Of a DNA stretch of 64,000 bases, positions 60,323-64,000 are shown piece after piece (position 1 is the first letter of the stretch; every line of letters starts with the position of its first letter). Under the pieces are notes generated by a model, which saw nothing but the letters and a program-made list of their open reading frames with translations, searched no databases and had not been told where the DNA came from. The stretch comes from an uncultured cyanobacterium. Lineage in GTDB: Bacteria; Cyanobacteriota; Cyanobacteriia; CAKZMO01. The stretch is from the NCBI GenBank assembly GCA_963719515.1, contig CAVRCJ010000010.1:96001-160000 (forward strand). The letters are read 5' to 3'. Both the position numbers and the translations under genes were made by a program.

Positions 60323-61255
60323 ATGCCACAGCCCACTGTACCGCAGCCTCCTATGCCTCAAACGTCTGCGCCACTGCAGCCTAATGGATTGCCCCAACAG
60401 ACCTCTAGCGCCGACGTCACGCCAGGGACGCTGTACATCGTGGGGACTCCCATTGGCAATCTAGAGGATATGACCTTTCGGGCCGTTAGGATCTTGCGTC
60501 AGGTCGACCTGATTGCCGCTGAGGATACGCGGCACACCGGCAAGCTGCTGCATCACTTTCAAATCGATACGCCCCAGATGAGCTACCATGCCCACAACAA
60601 TCGCTATCGCGTCCCGGAGCTCCTGCAGCGACTTCGGGATGATGGGACTATTGCCCTGGTGAGCGATGCGGGTATGCCGGGAATCTCAGATCCCGGCTAT
60701 GAGCTAGTGCGGGCCTGCCGGGAGGCTGGCGTCGCCGTCAGTCCTATCCCCGGCCCGAGCGCGGGCGTCGCGGCACTCAGCGCTTCTGGTCTGCCTACGG
60801 ACCAGTTCGTATTCGAGGGGTTTCTGCCCGTCAAAGGAGCACCCCGTCGCGATCGCCTCGCAGCCCTCAAAGCTGAGCCGCGCACCCTGTTGCTCTACGA
60901 AGCGCCCCATCGCCTCCGCCAAACCCTAGGTGATCTCAAAGAAATCTTAGGATCTGAGCGCCGCCTGATTCTTGCCCGTGAGCTGACAAAGCGGTATGAA
61001 GAGTTTTGGCAGGGCAGCATCGCCGCCGCTGTTGAACGCTACACTGAGCAGACTCCTCAGGGAGAATTTACGCTTGTAGTTGCCGGTGGGGAGTCAAAAG
61101 CGCCAGCGCTCAGCGAAGCCGACATTACCTCCGAACTGCGGCGGCTTTTGGCTCAAGGCCTCTCTCACTCCGATGCCAGCCGCCAGCTGGCGCAGCAGGC
61201 AGACCTGCCTCGTCGTCATGTTTACCAGCTCGCCCTCAGCTTAAAGCAACAATAA
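60323..61255 (+). CDS. rsmI: 16S rRNA (cytidine1402-2'-O)-methyltransferase
   Basis: LYIVGTPIGNLED, AEDTR, SDAGMPGISDPG, ARELTK; start uncertain. Confidence 0.96.
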   Translation: MPQPTVPQPPMPQTSAPLQPNGLPQQTSSADVTPGTLYIVGTPIGNLEDMTFRAVRILRQVDLIAAEDTRHTGKLLHHFQIDTPQMSYHAHNNRYRVPELLQRLRDDGTIALVSDAGMPGISDPGYELVRACREAGVAVSPIPGPSAGVAALSASGLPTDQFVFEGFLPVKGAPRRDRLAALKAEPRTLLLYEAPHRLRQTLGDLKEILGSERRLILARELTKRYEEFWQGSIAAAVERYTEQTPQGEFTLVVAGGESKAPALSEADITSELRRLLAQGLSHSDASRQLAQQADLPRRHVYQLALSLKQQ

Positions 61256-61261
61256 GTAACT

Positions 61262-61963
61262 ATGACAAGACACGTCCTACAGCAGTGGCCCGCCTTGGCG
61301 ATCGCCCTTGTGATCGTGGCCGGCTGTGGCCAATCTTCCGCCGAGCTTGAACCCAGCCCTACGCCGCAGCCGGCGTCTGTGGTCTCTGAGGCTCCCGAAC
61401 CGCCGCCTCCCGCCGAGCCCGACAATCAAGAGATTTCGACCCACGGCATTGGTCCGGCTCAGCTCGGGCTTACCCTGGGGGAACTCAAGCAGCTGCTGGG
61501 ATCAGAGGCGTCTTTTACTCCCCAGTCCCCCTTCCTCGCTGAATTTGACGCGATCGCCGTGCGTCAAGGTAGGGAAATCTTGTTTCACATCTTGCATTTG
61601 CCTGGCGAGCCAATCGCCGATGGGGACGTCATTCAAGGTGTGTTGACCACTAACCCGGCCTTTGAGACCGCTGAGGGCATCGGCGCGGGAACCTCCATCG
61701 CTGAGGCCGAAGCGACCTATGGTAGCGCCACCCTGTCGCACCACAAGGCCAACGCCTCTCTAGAATATGTCCGCTTTACTACCCCTCCGGCTGACAACGT
61801 TTCCTTTGGCACTTGGGCTAGGGAACCCGGCGCGGCGACTCCGGACTACGCTGGCATCTATCCCCAGGAGGCTGGGGACTACCGGGAGACCACGGAGTAC
61901 GACCCGGAGGCCACCATTAAGTCGGTGTTGGTGGTTTGCCTGACTGAGATCTGCGCGAGTTAG
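61262..61963 (+). CDS. Hypothetical lipoprotein
   Basis: Lipobox VAGC, Pro-rich linker, GIGPAQLG and TAEGIGAG motifs. Confidence 0.8.
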   Translation: MTRHVLQQWPALAIALVIVAGCGQSSAELEPSPTPQPASVVSEAPEPPPPAEPDNQEISTHGIGPAQLGLTLGELKQLLGSEASFTPQSPFLAEFDAIAVRQGREILFHILHLPGEPIADGDVIQGVLTTNPAFETAEGIGAGTSIAEAEATYGSATLSHHKANASLEYVRFTTPPADNVSFGTWAREPGAATPDYAGIYPQEAGDYRETTEYDPEATIKSVLVVCLTEICAS

Positions 61964-62202
61964 TGATGAAAGGGATAGTAACGCTGCTTCTGTCGGTCTT
62001 GTTGGCGAGCTGGATTTTAGCGATCGCCATTCTATCGGTGCAAAATGCCTTTATCGTCACCCCCGACGGTCCGACGCTGGTTTCGCTGCAGGTTTTAGGC
62101 CGGCAGCTGCCGCAGCTGCCCTTTGGCGTGATCTTGGCCGCAGCGGCGGCGCTGGGGGCCGTAGCCATGGGTGGGGCGATCGCGCTACAGCGGCTGCGGT
62201 AA
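61963..62202 (+). CDS. Small LapA/DUF1049-like membrane protein
   Basis: TM-SVQNA...LPFGVIL-TM. Confidence 0.7.
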   Translation: MMKGIVTLLLSVLLASWILAIAILSVQNAFIVTPDGPTLVSLQVLGRQLPQLPFGVILAAAAALGAVAMGGAIALQRLR

Positions 62203-62356
62203 GTCTCCCTTGCCTCTATTCTTTGGGGCGGCTCAGCAGATCGCTTCAGTAAACCGGCTGCTTGAGTTACGTCCCCTTACTTCCTAGAATGAGGCAATAG
62301 TTTGTGACGAAGCACCAGAGCGTGCGTCTCAGCAAGCGCCATATCCAGGAGAAACT

Positions 62357-63304
62357 ATGTCAAGCCGCCCCATAATACTCGGTATTGTTGGCGATAGCGC
62401 TGCCGGAAAGACAACCTTGACGCGGGGCATTGCCCAAATCCTGGGGGAAGACAACGTTACCGTGATCTGCACGGATGACTACCACCGCTACGACCGTCAG
62501 CAGCGGGCCGATATGGGGATTTCAGCGCTCCATCCAGACTGCAACTACCTGGATATTATTCAACAGCATCTAACGCTACTGCGGACCGGTCAGCCGGTGC
62601 TCAAGCCCATCTATAACCACACTACTGGAGCCTTTGACGCCCCGGAATATATCGAGCCTCAGCGCTACGTCATCGTTGAGGGGCTGCTGGGTTACTCCAC
62701 GCGCGGCATGCGTGACGCCTATGACGTCAAGGTCTACCTGGCACCTCCTGAAGAGGTGCGCTTTGGGTGGAAGGTAAAGCGCGATACCCGCAAGCGGGGC
62801 TACACCGAAGAGCAGGTCCGCGAGCAAATGAGTAAGCGGGAGTCTGATTCGGAGTCCTTCATTCGCCCGCAGCGGCAGTGGGCTGACGTGGTGGTTACCT
62901 TTTATCCCCCCAGCAGCGAGCCCGTCAACGAAACCCTGCTCAACGCTCGCCTGGTGCTGCGGCCTACAATCCCGCACCCAGACTTTACCCATATTCTCAG
63001 CCCCAACGGAAGCCACTTAGGAGAGGCCATCCGTCTTGGCCTTGATCGCGATATGGGCAAGCCCGTAGACGTACTTGAGATCGACGGTCACGCTACCGAT
63101 GAGCAAGTCAAATCCCTAGAGCGAGTGCTTTGCAACGAAATTCCCTACTTGGGTCCATTCTGCAGCCTAGAGGGCAATCAAAACTTGGGTAAGGTGGTCG
63201 GCACAACGGGAGAGACCCTGCAGAGCTATCCGCTGGCTTTGACACAGCTGATGATTACCTACCACATGCTCAAAGCTGCAAACATTATGGTTGTCCGGAC
63301 TTGA
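62357..63304 (+). CDS. prk: Phosphoribulokinase-family protein (non-canonical paralog)
   Basis: GDSAAGKTT, DDYHRYDR, KPIYNH.TG, EGL, WKVKRD..RG, FIRPQRQWAD. Confidence 0.85.
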   Translation: MSSRPIILGIVGDSAAGKTTLTRGIAQILGEDNVTVICTDDYHRYDRQQRADMGISALHPDCNYLDIIQQHLTLLRTGQPVLKPIYNHTTGAFDAPEYIEPQRYVIVEGLLGYSTRGMRDAYDVKVYLAPPEEVRFGWKVKRDTRKRGYTEEQVREQMSKRESDSESFIRPQRQWADVVVTFYPPSSEPVNETLLNARLVLRPTIPHPDFTHILSPNGSHLGEAIRLGLDRDMGKPVDVLEIDGHATDEQVKSLERVLCNEIPYLGPFCSLEGNQNLGKVVGTTGETLQSYPLALTQLMITYHMLKAANIMVVRT

Positions 63305-63318
63305 AGATCGCTTGGGCG

Positions 63319-63891
63319 CTACGGCTCTTTCGAATCTGCCGCCAATGAAACGTTGCGTCGTCGCTGCTGCCACGTGCCTGAGCTGCGAATCGCTAGCCAC
63401 AGCAAAAATAGCGCGATTAGGCCTCCTTGACGCGGCGCATCGAGGGCGAGAAACACGAGCACGACGCACAGCACATCCTGAGTCAGGATGAACCACAGCG
63501 GCAGCCCCCTAAGCCGGTAAAACCAACCGAGCTGTACGAGCCGTAGAACGAAGGCCAATGACGCGCTGACTGCCCCGATAATGCCGAAAATCAGAGCCGA
63601 ACTGCCGACGGTACTCACAACGGCAATGCCAGCGATCGCCCCTACCACCGGACTTAGAAATAGCTCCACCGTCTGTAGCGCTCTATGCCCCACGCGATCT
63701 TTGGAGATCACGAGCTCCAGGAGTGACCAGCTGACCAAGATCCCCAGCACGGTAGCGGGGCGAAGCATAGAGAGGAGCGGCACTTGGCTCCACAGGTCGT
63801 CACCGCTCAAAATGCCGAGAATCAGGAGCGGCAGCGCCAGTCTCAGGCCCGCTGCAGCTCCAATGGAAAGTGCAGCTAGGAGTTCAAACAT
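63319..63891 (-). CDS. DUF4126-like membrane protein
   Basis: LS..AAAGLR.ALPLL start; multiple TMs. Confidence 0.75.
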   Translation of the reverse strand: MFELLAALSIGAAAGLRLALPLLILGILSGDDLWSQVPLLSMLRPATVLGILVSWSLLELVISKDRVGHRALQTVELFLSPVVGAIAGIAVVSTVGSSALIFGIIGAVSASLAFVLRLVQLGWFYRLRGLPLWFILTQDVLCVVLVFLALDAPRQGGLIALFLLWLAIRSSGTWQQRRRNVSLAADSKEP

Positions 63892-64000
63892 GGCTCAGGG
63901 AATTGGCGTAACTGCGGTTTCCACAAAAGACTGGTTCACTAGCGAAAACACGTGACATCCTCCCGACGCTGACAGCAAGCTGTACAGCGCGGGCTTCCTC

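Overview
Chromosomal window from a high-GC cyanobacterium (dense HIP1 octamers GCGATCGC; psaC, petM and a phycobiliprotein lyase are present; a Leptolyngbya/Nodosilinea-like lineage is inferred, not established). Most of it is housekeeping: petM, pdxA, formamidase, dnaB with two inteins, rplI, argZ, psaC, ahcY, dacB, glgC, rpsA, metK, cutA, purC, a HAL2-type nucleotidase, rsmI and a prk paralog. Between rplI and argZ (about 23.2-31.6 kb) lies an accessory, defence-like island. It holds: a small helical protein gene preceded by a degenerate 21-bp tandem array; a small gene with a five-hairpin leader; a RAYT transposase with an inverted GTAG-REP pair; an EACC1-like small protein followed by a CHAT(caspase-like)-STAND NTPase-TPR protein with near-identical 120-bp repeats; an SBD-HNH nuclease; an MNT-HEPN pair; and a gene remnant. 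Other notable items are a PlsY-like/PEP-dikinase fusion, a REC-thioredoxin-reductase lacking CxxC paired with a cNMP histidine kinase, and two candidate structured RNA leaders. Four small indels in three genes (phytase-like, HEPN toxin, argZ twice) suggest sequencing or assembly error, so those pseudogene calls are provisional. All family assignments come from motif recognition by eye; no database searches were run.
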